Positions 39,001 to 49,510 of a stretch of 64,000 nucleotides of DNA are shown one piece after another; position 1 is the first letter of the stretch, and every line of letters begins with the position of its first letter. The notes beneath the pieces were generated by a model. The model had not been told where the DNA came from. It did not search any database and was given only the letters and a program-made list of their open reading frames with translations. The position numbers and the translations under genes are program-made. The stretch comes from Convolutriloba macropyga. Its lineage: Eukaryota. The stretch covers positions 46,252,001 to 46,316,000 of the forward strand of contig NC_134481.1 in NCBI RefSeq assembly GCF_964194025.1, given 5' to 3'.

Positions 39001-42000
39001 ACTTTTTGAAAAGCAAAGGCGACAGCAAGTTGTATTGTCAAAGGTGACAGCAAGTTGTTCCATCCGCAATTGGTTTTGTCATAATGCAATGGTTTGTTGT
39101 TTGTTTGACTCAATGTGTTTTATTCGGGTGTTCATGTTAAAACTTGTTCAGAACCAGCTCAGAGGTAAAGTCTCGGAGCCTTGTTGCTAATTTGTTCTTC
39201 GTTATGTTCCTCCATTTTGCAATCAACAAACAATAGAATTTTTCTTTTGATGAATAAGCCCTGGAAACATTAGCTCTCATTTTGTTGAGATAGGGTCTGC
39301 TAAGTTTTACAAAGATTGTACGAATTATTTATCAACCAACTGTATTTTAACGGCTCGTCCACTTCAAGCAATATTGATTCAAAAGTTTGCTTTGAACTCG
39401 TTAAGTAATTAGTTCCTTTGCATTTCACTTCAAAATGCCGAGATGTCCAAATACCTAAACGTCAGCCACGTTGAGCTCGAGTTTTCTAGAATTGTATTTT
39501 GTAAAGTCATTCTATTCGTTTTTAATGATACTATTTTAAATTTTCTGTGAACTATTTAATTATTTTAACGCCTTTTGGGGAATGCGCCCTTCCCTGCTCT
39601 ATTGGATTTTTGTACGCCTCGAGAATAATATTTGGTGAGATATTTTACAACGATTGCACAATCTTTTTTTTTCTAACTGTACGTTTTTGGGGATCTCGAT
39701 AGCAGATCTTTCTCCACAGACAGTGGCTGACTCTGTTGAAAATTTCTCTTTTTTAATTTTGTTTCCAGAAGAAAGTTTTGCTCTGCTTGCAATGAGGTCG
39801 CCCTACTTTCCTAAAACTTTTTGAAAAGCAATATATTGATGAATTTTTAAACGCAACAGCAAATGTTTTAGTCCAAAATCTCTTTTTGTCATAATTTTTG
39901 TCAATATGGCGCAACATAAGGAAGAACACAAGAGCAACAAAAGCTCCGGGAGTTTATCTCTGATCTGGGTCTGAACTTAAAAAAGTAACATGAACACCTA
40001 AATAAATAAGAACAGTGAGTCACACAAGCACCCTTGTGTGTTTCATTGTTCTTATTTATGCAGGTGTTCATGTTAATTTTTTTTAAAGTTCAAACCCAAT
40101 TCAGAGATAAACTCCCGGAGCTATTGTTGCTTTTGTGTTTTTCCTGATGTTCCGCCATATTGTATTAACCAAACAATAGAGTTTTTGTATTGACGAATAT
40201 GCTCTGGAAACGATAGAGCTGAATCTTTTGATATAGGGTGTGCTAAGTTTAAATAGGATTGCACAAATTATTTATCAAGCATCTCTATTTTAACGGCTTG
40301 TCCACTTCAATATACATCGATCCCAAAAGTGTTTTTTTATCTCGGTAAATATATGATTCATTTGCTGTTTTACGTTTGACTTCAAAATGCCGAGAAGTGC
40401 AAATAACTAAATGTCAGCCGCGTTGGACTCCAGTTTTCTATAATCTTGTATTGTAAAAAAGTCAGTACTTATATTGGCGAAAGGTTTTTCGTTGCTGTGT
40501 GATCCATGTTTGTCTTTATAAGAATTGCCTCCTTATCTAGTTGCTGGAGCAGATTTATGAAGTCTTTTAATTCGTTTCGAATGCTAAAAACACTATTTGA
40601 AATTTTTAACGAGCACTATTTAACATTTTTAACGATTTTCAGGATTGCGCCAGTACCTGATCTATAATATTTTTTGACGCCTCCAGAAAGACGTATTTTT
40701 GTACTGATAATTAAAAGATCATTATGAACAGCCACTGAAGTCAAATTCACTTTTCTTTAAACATATATACCAGACTGGACTGACTTCATTTTATTTGAGT
40801 AAAACTTCTGATTGAGTTGTTTTTAGTTGACAATAGAAGAAGAGTTTTTTCCTGATTAGCTAAAAACGGACAACACGAAACTCATATCTGTCACCTAAAG
40901 CAATTTTAAACTTTACAAGCCTGAATTATATTTTGCGATGTCGGCAAGTTGTCAATTCTCAAAATTATAACCAATTATAATAACCCGAAACATTTTAAGA
41001 TTGACCCCAATTGTGCGTCATTTTTTTAAAACTCTTTTTCGTTTGCGCCAACATAATAGTGGATTAAATTGTATGAGGAAAGTGGACCTCGATTTTGAAT
41101 GTCTTTTTAAATTATTTTTTCTTTTTAATTTGTTCTAAAGTAATCGCATGCGAAATGTTTTTGAGAGTGACTGAGCCAAGCATATGTAATTTCTGGCGCT
41201 CATTAAATAATGCATATTTGCTTTCAGATCTAAGATCTCCCGGTACTCCCCGAAGTGTGAATGAAGAAGAGACAGGGTCTGTTCACTCGAAGGACGACAA
41301 CAGTTCTCTCACCTCCCACAGTAGCAAGTACTCCCTCCGCAACATAGAAAAGCAGCTCCTCTCCAAACTTCAATCAGCCAGTTCCATGCCAGACTGGCTG
41401 TCCAGGAAGGACAAAAGAAAGGTGCACACTTTACCCGAGTTGAAGATCATACCAAAATCGTATTTATAATAATACAAGGTCATGTGATTTGCATGACTGT
41501 CTGCTAGTTCACTGATTATAAAATAATCATTTTTCATTTACTGGTCCGGATTATATAATTTTAAGGTTCTCATATCAATATCGCGCTGCGAAACAAGAAT
41601 TTGTGTATCATGCATGACTAGTGCATGGTTTCTTTGAATTTTCTATGACCCGGGACTTTTCAGCCCATTTGTCTTTGATTGTCTCATGTGTGTTGTCTTT
41701 TTAATAGCTGTGAAGCGATAGCGGCTATTATTGGGGGCATCGTGGTTTTTTTACAATTCAAAGAATTTGAATTGTATTGGAGCGCTGTCTTTTTTTAAGA
41801 TCTTTTCACACATTTTCATGATTTTTGAAGTCAAATTGGAGTAGTGATTTTGGTCACACCGAAACAGAAAGTGGAGCGAAAAAGCGAGTGGTTTTGCGGC
41901 GTGAAATTTTTTCGTTCCAATTTTAAAGTAGAGTGAGAAAACGGTGTTTGAACAAAAATTCGCTTTCTCGCGACTGGTTTTTTGTTCACATGCGGCAATT

Positions 42001-43414
42001 TCACTTTGATTTTTACTGTTTTTTCGATTTTTTGGATTGGATTTTTTTCTAAATGAATTTCCCAATCTATTCATAGTTCATTCTTGTCCTAGTTTTTTTG
42101 TCTCAACCAAATTTCCATTTCTCGCTCGTGGTTTTTGTCCACATGCGGCGTTTTGATATTGATTTTCTGTTTTTTTTTATTTCTGATCTGATTTTTTAGA
42201 AATGGTTTTCCCAATTCACTCATAGTCCGTTCTAGGTCTAGTTTTTGGTTTAGTCAATGAAAATTCTTTGGATTGTACGGCAGGAGTTGTCCTGCTATGT
42301 TTTTTTAATTCGTCTTCTTTATCGATGATTCTTACGACCTGACTTCTGGAAATTGACTTTTTCAGTGACTGCAGTGACTTCTACTGCTTTTCAGTTAAAA
42401 TTTGTGTACGTGAAGTCATTTCTGTTTTAGGTCAATTGTGTGACTTACCTCACTCAAAAAATGACTTCTGAACTCATTTATGGAACTTCAAATTTTATGA
42501 AAATTTACTAGTTAAATCAATAGTGTGCATCTAAGTAGTGCCAAACTTATATGCCCTAATTCTTGAGTATTAGTCTTGAGTTTTTAATTTCGAATATCAA
42601 TTTTGAAAAAGATTTTTTTCATTATAGACCGTATTTTTCATAAATTTGACAGTCCGATTAACCGAAAAAGTCTAGTGGTTTATTAAAGGATTGGTGGTCG
42701 ATCTGTCTATCTTATTTCTTTAGTTGTTTCAATTAATGGAAGGCCACAGGCGGCGTCTATCGCGGTTATTTTCCGGGAATCTGGCGGCTATGTTACTAGA
42801 TTTATTTCAATTTTGCGTGTACGATTTCGAGCAGGTATCTTGTGATGCTTTGTTATGATTGTATTCTTGCAATTTTCTGATCAAATTTTGCAATTTTACT
42901 TGCTACTCAACAAGATATTACATTGGACATTAATTCTTTATTTAGGATAAAATCAGCAACGTCCTTTTCACGTCTTAAAACGCTAGTGCGAGTCTCTATA
43001 TTTTAGTATTACAACAATATCGTGCAAGATGAAGGATTTGAATTGACTCTCTATATTTAATACGATTTAATTCTCCTAATAACTTAACGACCATTTTTCA
43101 ACCAAGGCGGAACATCATCTGTAATAACATTCTTTGTAATATGAGGAGAATTGTGGCCATTTCAGCATATTACCGAGTGTTTACTTTCAACGTTGCTTTT
43201 TAACATCACTTGCACTATGTTGTAAAGCATGTGTTTTGTTCAGGTGTACAGAAACATGCGGAAGATGAAGAAAAAGAAGACGCCTCGATTCCAACGGATC
43301 AAACGAAGATTGCAGGCGAGAGAGAACAGCAAAATGGACCAGCAGACGACCTCTGATCAGTCAGTGGAAAATAAAAGCGGAACAGAAGATGCCGCCTCAA
43401 ATTCTGTATCATGA
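33038..43414 (+). CDS. LLP homolog-like basic protein; join(33038..33302,41228..41421,43244..43414), 209 aa
   Basis: Basic N-terminus MGRGIQQKSLKRTKRERVK resembles LLPH MAKSLRSKWKRKMRAEKRK; acidic/Ser-rich linker; MPDWLSRKDKRK|VYRNMRKMKKKK resembles LLPH YPIWMNQRQRKRLKAKR; phase-compatible GT-AG introns (1,0). Family call is from memory and weak. Confidence 0.6.
33750..36600 (+). mobile_element. Nested/tandem family A Helentron-like copies interrupted by an insertion at ~34000-35180
   Basis: Two heads (33751, 33841: taatagccgc...ggctattattggccttc); body resumes after 35180; tail gcggctattttctggcaatctgccagctatgtt at 35769-35800; another body copy 35810-36590. Confidence 0.55.
34200..35150. 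repeat. Degenerate tandem repeat of ~170-180 bp
   Basis: Recurring units with g(g/a/t)gcca(g/a)..tgg..caac(a)ttt and T-tracts at ~34381, 34556, 34733, 34875, 35046. Confidence 0.4.
36650..38130 (-). mobile_element. Highly decayed non-LTR (LINE) retrotransposon RT region
   Basis: Minus-strand translation near 37130-37250 gives NNGVSR*IVLRILDSPLHVNDISKRVKDYCEASQIADK, resembling GVPQGSVLGP..LYVND...FADD; LKAILIPL near 37890-37915. Confidence 0.55.
38140..40690. repeat. Three diverged tandem units of ~0.65, 0.84 and 1.05 kb, probably LINE-derived
   Basis: Markers repeated three times: aattttgctctgct (38254, 38942, 39775), agatagggt.tg.taagtt (38410, 39287, 40230), aaatgccgaga.gt, gg.a.tgcg....cctg.tctat (38742, 39579, 40641). 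Confidence 0.75.
39902..40161. repeat. ~260-bp imperfect palindrome (fold-back insertion)
   Basis: caatatggcg...gctccgggagtttatctctga...aacatgaacacct..cacacaag | cacc | cttgtgtg..aggtgttcatgtt...tcagagataaactcccggagc...cgccatattg. Confidence 0.85.
41701..42799 (+). mobile_element. Helentron/Helitron-like family A element, apparently complete
   Basis: 5' ttaatagctg...gcggctatta; 3' subTIR gcggttatt + GC hairpin remnant + ctatgttaCTAG terminus. Confidence 0.6.
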
Positions 43415-44008
43415 CATAAGGACAAGTTTTAGAGAATATAACTCTGCTGATTGAAAGTTTTGATACGAAGTGTTTGTGTAATGAGGTCTTCAGTAATTTA
43501 ACAGCTTCTAAAATTACGCTTACTGTTCTTCTGTAAGTTATGTGAGTTGGAGTCGAAATAATTGTCTGCGATAGTCGAGAGTGAGGTCAGGCTATTCTCC
43601 AGACTCGAAATAGAAATCAGTTTCAAAAAAATCTTTTTAATTGCTCTCGAACATGGGTCTTTTTCAACGAAAATTTTTGCTTGACCTTTTTGTGCTCTTG
43701 TTCTAGAACATTCTTTGACTTGAATGCCTTTTTTTACAATTCAGCTCTTCATTTTTGAGTGATCTAAGTTGATCTCGTTCTGAAATAAGTTCGCAGCTTA
43801 AATAGATTGTGAGGGAACGGAAGTCTAAGCATTTTTAGCTGCTTAAAATAGATTGTCCCCGTCTTTCGCTCGAGAGCAATTATCCTGACGTTATTCGGTT
43901 TATGTTTACGCTTGATTATGCTAGTGCTAAAGGGTACCGCAGTGTAATTGTAATTAACGTGACTAAAAAATAACATGTAAACATATTGAACAGGTAGAAA
44001 GATATCCA

Positions 44009-44117
44009 GCTGCTTTCCCATTATGTCCGCCCCCCAGCTTACAGGTCAGATAATATATACCCCACCAATCACGGTAAACATACAAAATGGGGAGGTGGGC
44101 TATAATGGAACAGACCC
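44009..44117. mobile_element. Degenerate GG-ended poly(C)/poly(G) MITE (duplicate at 45673-45782)
   Basis: ctttcccattatgtccgcccccc...ggggaggtgggctataatggaacagaccc; flanks gatatcca / gatattaa. Confidence 0.55.
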
Positions 44118-44903
44118 GATATTAAATGGGGCAAAATTATCATCACCATTGTTGCTGTTGGCGGGATATCTGCGTTCCAGTTTTAGAATAACGTACCCAC
44201 AGCAATTTCCGCACTCAGCACAATCGCAGCATATCTGCCAAGAACACATATTTGTTGTCTAATACCCTTGTACGCGGAATTTTCAAAGCAGTCTTATACT
44301 GCTGTTTCCGGCCTTCTTTAGTTTTAAACTCAATGTAACTGTCAATGCGACAAATTATGAAGAAAACTTGGTTTTTGACTTCTCAGTTCTTTCAATTAAT
44401 GGAAGGCCACAGGCGGCGTCTATCGCGGCTATTTTCCGGGAATCTGGCGGCTATGTTACTAGATTTATTTCAATTTTCCGTGTACGATTTCGAGCAGGTA
44501 TCTTGTGATGCTTTGTTATGATTGTATTCTTGCAATTTTCTGATCAAATTTTGCAATTTTACTTGCTACTCAAGATATTACATTGGACATTAATTCTTTA
44601 TTTAGGATAAAATCAGCAACGTCCTTTTCACGTCTTAAAACGCTAGTGCGAGTCTCTATATTTTAGTATTACAACAATATCGTGCAAGATGAAGGATTTG
44701 AATTGACTCTCTATATTTAATACGATTTAATTCTACTAATAACTTAACGACCATTTTTCAACCAAGGCGGAACATCATCTGTAATAACATTCTTTGTAAT
44801 ATGAGGAGAATTGTGGCCATTTCAGCATATTACCGAGTGTTTACTTTCAACGTTGCTTTTTAACATCACTTGCACTATGTTGTAAAGCATGTGTTTTGTT
44901 CAG

Positions 44904-45077
44904 GTGTACAGAAACATGCGGAAGATGAAGAAGATAAAGAAAACGCCTCGATTCCAACGGATCAAACGAAGATTGCAGGCGAGAGAGAACAGCAAAATGG
45001 ACCAGCAGACGACCTCTGATCAGTCAGTGGAAAATAAAAGCGGAACAGAAGATGCCGCCTCAAATTCTGTATCATGA
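44904..45077 (+). CDS. Duplicate terminal exon of the LLPH-like gene (alternative last exon or pseudo-exon)
   Basis: Intact acceptor gttttgttcag| and stop; MKKIKKT versus MKKKKT (one extra codon, frame kept). Confidence 0.5.
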   Translation: MYRNMRKMKKIKKTPRFQRIKRRLQARENSKMDQQTTSDQSVENKSGTEDAASNSVS

Positions 45078-46125
45078 CATAAGGACAAGTTTTAGAGAAT
45101 ATAACTCTGCTGATTGAAAGTTTTGATACGAAGTGTTTGTGTAATGAGGTCTTCAGTAATTTAACAGCTTCTAAAATTACGCTTACTGTTCTTCTGTAAG
45201 TTATGTGAGTTGGAGTCGAAATAATTGTCTGCGATAGTCGAGAGCGAGGTCAGGCTATTCTTCAGACTCGAAATAGAAATCAGTTTCAAAAAAATCTTTT
45301 TAATTGCTCTCGAACATGGGTCTTTTTCAACCAAAATTTTTGCTTAACCTTTTTGTGCTCTTGTTCTAGAACATTCTTTGACTTGAATGCCTTTTTTTAC
45401 AATTCAGCTCTTCATTTTTGAGTGATCTAAGTTGATCTCGTTCTGAAATAAACTCGCAGCTTAAATAGATTGTGAGGGAACGGAAGTCTAAGCATTTTTA
45501 GCTGCTTAAAATAGATTGTCCCCCTCTTTCGCTCGAGAGCAATTATCCCGACGTTAGTCGGTTTATGTTTACGCTTGATTATGCTAGTGCTAAAGGGGTA
45601 CCGCAGTGTAATTGTAATTAACGTGACTAAAAAATAACATGTAAACATATTGAACAGGTAGAAAGATATCCAGCTGCTTTCCCATTATGTCCCCCCCCCC
45701 AGCTTACAGGTCAGATAATATATACCCCACCAACCATGGTAAACATACAAAATGGGGAGGTGGGCTATAATGGAACAGACCCGATATTAAATGGTGCAAA
45801 ATTATCATCATCATTGTTGCTGTTGGCGGGATATCTGCGTTCCAGTTTTAGAATAACGTACCCACAGCAATTTCCGCACTCAGCACAATCGCAGCATATC
45901 TGCCAAGAACACATATTTGTTGTCTACTACCCTTGTACGCGGAATTTTCAAAGCAGTCTAATACTGCTGTTTCCGGCCTTCAGTAGTTTTAAACTCAATG
46001 TAACTGTCAATACGACAAATTATGAAGAAAACTTGGTTCTTGACTTCTCAGTTCATGTTTTCTTCTGAACAAAACACTCGGCAACTGTCGTGTAGCCTGG
46101 AGGCTTCTGGGGGATTTCGATATTG

Positions 46126-46347
46126 GGATCTATTATGTCCCCCCCCCCAAAAAAAAAACATAATTACACATAATTTGTAACTGGGGGTCATTCTGTCCCC
46201 CCCCCCCGTGTTTTTATGACCCTCAGTTACAAATTATACGTTGTTATATAGCACGTTACTATGCAAGAAAATGGCACGTGCGCGTGGGGGTCATAAAAGA
46301 TTTATGCTCACTAAGCTGGGGGGGGGGGGGCAAAACAGAATAGATCC
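46126..46347. mobile_element. Compound GG-ended MITE
   Basis: GGATCTATT(A)TGTCCCCC...GGGGGCAAAACAGAATAGATCC with an internal second left end at ~46185; no matching TSD. Confidence 0.7.
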
Positions 46348-46359
46348 GCATGAACAACG

Positions 46360-47110
46360 CATTTAGTGGGAGAATTTATTCGAACTAGCTCAATTTTTTG
46401 GCCGCTAACGCATTTGAGCAATTCCATGACTTCCATAACTTTGATATCAGAGTGGCTGATGTTGAGACAGAGATTCTAGAGGAGTATCGGCAATTTCAAA
46501 GGCTTGTACACGCCGAGTTTGACAAAAAGTCCCAGTTTGATAGGCGATGTGTCGTCTCACAGGTTAAAGGAGTCCAGTGGTTTTTTTGAGCCGTTCGTTC
46601 AAGTGAAGGGACCCACTTAGGTCGTGTCTCACAAACACACCCAAATCATTCGTCACTTCGCATTCGTCAAATAGAGTGCCATTTAGCAATGTTCAATGTT
46701 CTTTTCCTCTAAAGACTAGATCCATGAATCGCAACATCCGTATTGTTGTTACAGACGCAGTTGTCAATTATAGACGCGATGTGTCGTTGGAACTGCATTT
46801 CCAATGTATTCTTGATTTGCAAAGATGCAAAACAGTAGAGGAACTAATATGTGGGACAGCTCTTGAGGCTTTAATATTTTCCGAATGGTAGTTACCGAGT
46901 CTAACAAACTGGTTTTCAAATCATAGAGCATTTCGAGAATATATCCACCAACGCCCGGAGTGCTCAGTTTCTTGAGCAATGGATCGTGGTGTACTCGAGC
47001 GAAAGACTTGCATAGAATGCGTCATCTTTGGAACGAGGTTTTCGGCATGCCGCAATATCATTTACCTTTTATCGATAATCTATGAGATGTATTTCGATCA
47101 AATAATTGAA
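46360..47110 (-). mobile_element. Decayed CR1/L2/Jockey-type LINE RT fragment
   Basis: KSFARVHHDPLLKKLSTPGVGGYILEMLYD (cf. KAFD.V.H..LL.KL), PQ..ILVPLLFCIFAN (cf. PQGSILGPLLF.IF.ND), NDLGVFVRHDLSGSLHLNERLKK. Confidence 0.8.
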
Positions 47111-47171
47111 ATCTGTTCTGCTGGGGGGCAATAAACGGGACGACAAATCAAATGGACTACAATGTATTTTG

Positions 47172-47325
47172 GGGTCTTTCCCATTATAGCCCCCATGAAA
47201 TTATAGCCCCCCCCCCCCCATTATGGTATAATTATGATGATGGGGGGGGGGCTATAAGTTATCTGCCCACTAAGCCCGGGGGGGGGGGGGGGGTTGGGGT
47301 GAGGGGGCTGTAGTGGGAATGACCC
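47172..47325. mobile_element. GG-ended MITE with 8-bp TSD
   Basis: TIR GGGTCTTTCCCATTATAGCCCC / GGGGCTGTAGTGGGAATGACCC; TSD gtattttg / gtattttc. Confidence 0.75.
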
Positions 47326-47735
47326 GTATTTTCCAACTGGACAACGATTGCCTGTTTTTTTTGTAAGTTACTTACTAAGCATTTCTACTTTTTTTTAACG
47401 ATTATGTAGTTACAAGTATCAACATTGATGGGAAGAAATTAGTAATATCAAAAGCAACATCATGCGGAAAAGTTGCGGATCGCTCTCCGTGGCCATTCCT
47501 TTCACGCTCTGTGGGATATAATCCGGACACAACGGGCCGCTTATTGCGGCGAAGCGCGTACACCAGCAATTTAACTAGGACTAAATTATCAGCGCATAGA
47601 GATTTTGCATGTATTAATTACTTTTGTCGTCCACTTGATACAAAATTTTGCTGTCGTACATTTGAAACATTGTCCAATTGAAACGTCGACCATTTGAGAA
47701 GGCCCTCGTTCTGTTACATCAGTAAAACAGTACCG

Positions 47736-47912
47736 GGATCTTTTCCGTTTGTGCCCCCCCCCCCCCCCCCCCCAGTACGTTATGCTCCCCCAGTGACAGA
47801 GCACGTGTCATTACATAGTAAATCATTGTAAAAATATTGCACGTGCGTCTGGGGGTTGCAAATAATATGCACCCACTAAGCTGGGGGGGGGGGGCACAAA
47901 CGGAAAAGATCC
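47736..47912. mobile_element. GG-ended MITE with perfect 8-bp TSD (Merlin-like)
   Basis: TIR GGATCTTTTCCGTTTGTGCCCCC / GGGGGCACAAACGGAAAAGATCC; TSD cagtaccg on both sides. Confidence 0.9.
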
Positions 47913-48040
47913 CAGTACCGCGCTAACATCCCCTAAAGATGGGTGCGTGTGAGGAACAGATCGAAATAAGTCGAGGAATTAAACTTCAGTTTAAACTAGG
48001 TTGCTCCTATCGAAAAAAATTCTCATTCAGAATAAAAACT

Positions 48041-48112
48041 AGGGGACACCCGGGTTCGAACCAGGGACCTCTCGATCTGCAGTCGAATGCTCTACCACTG
48101 AGCTATATCCCC
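48041..48112 (-). tRNA. trnC-GCA: tRNA-Cys(GCA)
   Basis: GGGGATATAGCTCAGTGGTAGAGCATTCGACTGCAGATCGAGAGGTCCCTGGTTCGAACCCGGGTGTCCCCT: full cloverleaf, GCA anticodon, U73 discriminator, TTTTT Pol III terminator 2 nt downstream. Confidence 0.95.
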
Positions 48113-48203
48113 TTTTAGACAGTTGAAATCTTCAGAAATTTTACCATCACCAATTCTAAGCCGAAGTGATGTTAGAAGAAAAAACTCCTTTGTAGCATGA
48201 AAC

Positions 48204-48229
48204 AGTGGACACCCTGGTTCGAACCAGGG
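48204..48229 (-). pseudogene. tRNA-Cys 3' fragment (T arm and acceptor strand)
   Basis: agtggacaccctggttcgaaccaggg versus tRNA aggggacacccgggttcgaaccaggg (2 mismatches). Confidence 0.6.
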
Positions 48230-48367
48230 GAGGGGGTTCTCCCCTGAACAATATTTTGAGCGTGTGTTTAAATGGCGTTGTTTAACAGATAGACTCAAAT
48301 AGGATGAGGTAAAATCTGACACCATAGTGGATTCTTGCGTTCAAGCACTTGAATCCTTTTGTTTTTC

Positions 48368-48520
48368 GGATCTATTCTGTCCCCCCCCCCAGTGTTTTTT
48401 TTGACCACCAGTTACAAATTATATGTTATGAAGAAAATATCACGTGCGTCTGGGGGTCATAAAAGATTTATGCTTTCTAAGCTGAGGGGGGCGGGGGGAG
48501 GGACGAAACAGAATAGATCC
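48368..48520. mobile_element. GG-ended MITE with perfect 8-bp TSD
   Basis: GGATCTATTCTGT...ACAGAATAGATCC; TSD tgtttttc on both sides. Confidence 0.88.
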
Positions 48521-48646
48521 TGTTTTTCTTGTCTTAGCCCAAAATCAACAAATTTGAGAGTTCAGCGTAAACTGTGTAAACAAAATGGTTTGCGCTGTTA
48601 TGCTTTGCTTAGCCCAAGATGAGGTGGGTGATCTATTATTATTCTT

Positions 48647-48813
48647 GGATCTTTTCCGTTTGTGCCCCCCCCCCCCCCGCCCCCAGCTTAGTGGTTGCAT
48701 ATTATTTGCACCCTCCCCAGATGCACGTGCCATATTTTTACACGATGATTCACTATGTAATGGCACGTGCTCTGTAACGGGGGGGGGGGGGGGGGGACAA
48801 ACGGAAAAGATCC
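48647..48813. mobile_element. GG-ended MITE, inverted relative to the 47736 copy
   Basis: Same TIRs and reverse-complement interior; TSD ttattctt / gtattctt. Confidence 0.88.
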
Positions 48814-49322
48814 GTATTCTTATATACTGTTATCAAAGTGATATAAGAGCATTTTTTGGGGGGGGGGGGGGTTCATAATCTGCCGGGTCGGAAAAAGTAG
48901 TGACCGACAGCTACTGACTCAAATAAACGCTGCTAGCGCTTAAGAAAAATAAAAGTTCATGAACTGTGACGTTTCTACCTAACAGTAGGTTACGGCTTGG
49001 CTTGAAGTTACCGATCTTTCAATTGCATAGAATCATGCATAGGCACGTTCAAGTGTCCGCCTTTTCATCTCTAATGGGGGAGGGGTGTAACGTGGAAAGG
49101 TAGTACAACTCAGATATTTAGTCACGAAAGATCAGTCAAAATGAGCGTGCTAGAACGGGAACTAACTGACGCAGGATCACAAAAATACGGCAATCAATTT
49201 TCTTGCTTTTGTCTCTATTAAAGAGTATTTTTGGAGAACAGTCCCCCATAGTCTTGGATGTCTGTTAACACTATGCTACCACCGATGACCTTATTACGCA
49301 AGAGTACAAGTCAATGTCACTA

Positions 49323-49510
49323 GGATCTTTCCCGTTTGTGCCCCCCCCCCCCCCCCCAGTACGTTATGCGCCCCCAGTTACAGATCACGTGGTGTCATTA
49401 CATAGTAAATCACTATATAAAAATATGGCACGTGCGTCTGAGAGGGGGGATGCAAATAATATGCACCCACTGAGCTGGGGGGGGGGGGGGGTCACAAACG
49501 GAAAAGCTCC
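49323..49510. mobile_element. GG-ended MITE with perfect 8-bp TSD
   Basis: Same family as the 47736 copy; TSD tgtcacta on both sides. Confidence 0.88.

Larger units (their letters stand above)
42727..46054 (+). repeat. Recent tandem duplication, 2 x ~1.66 kb (42727-44389, 44390-46054)
   Basis: Near-identical copies with scattered SNPs and indels; junction microhomology ttct(t)tagtt / ttctcagtt. Confidence 0.92.

Noticed and set aside
41422-41469. Short LLPH-like isoform ending VHTLPELKIIPKSYL by intron retention
   Set aside because: Possible, but the spliced form restores the expected basic C-terminus and there is no independent evidence.
44023-46068. Duplicated 79/110-aa ORFs as a gene
   Set aside because: They start inside a MITE, differ in start and stop between copies, and have no motifs.
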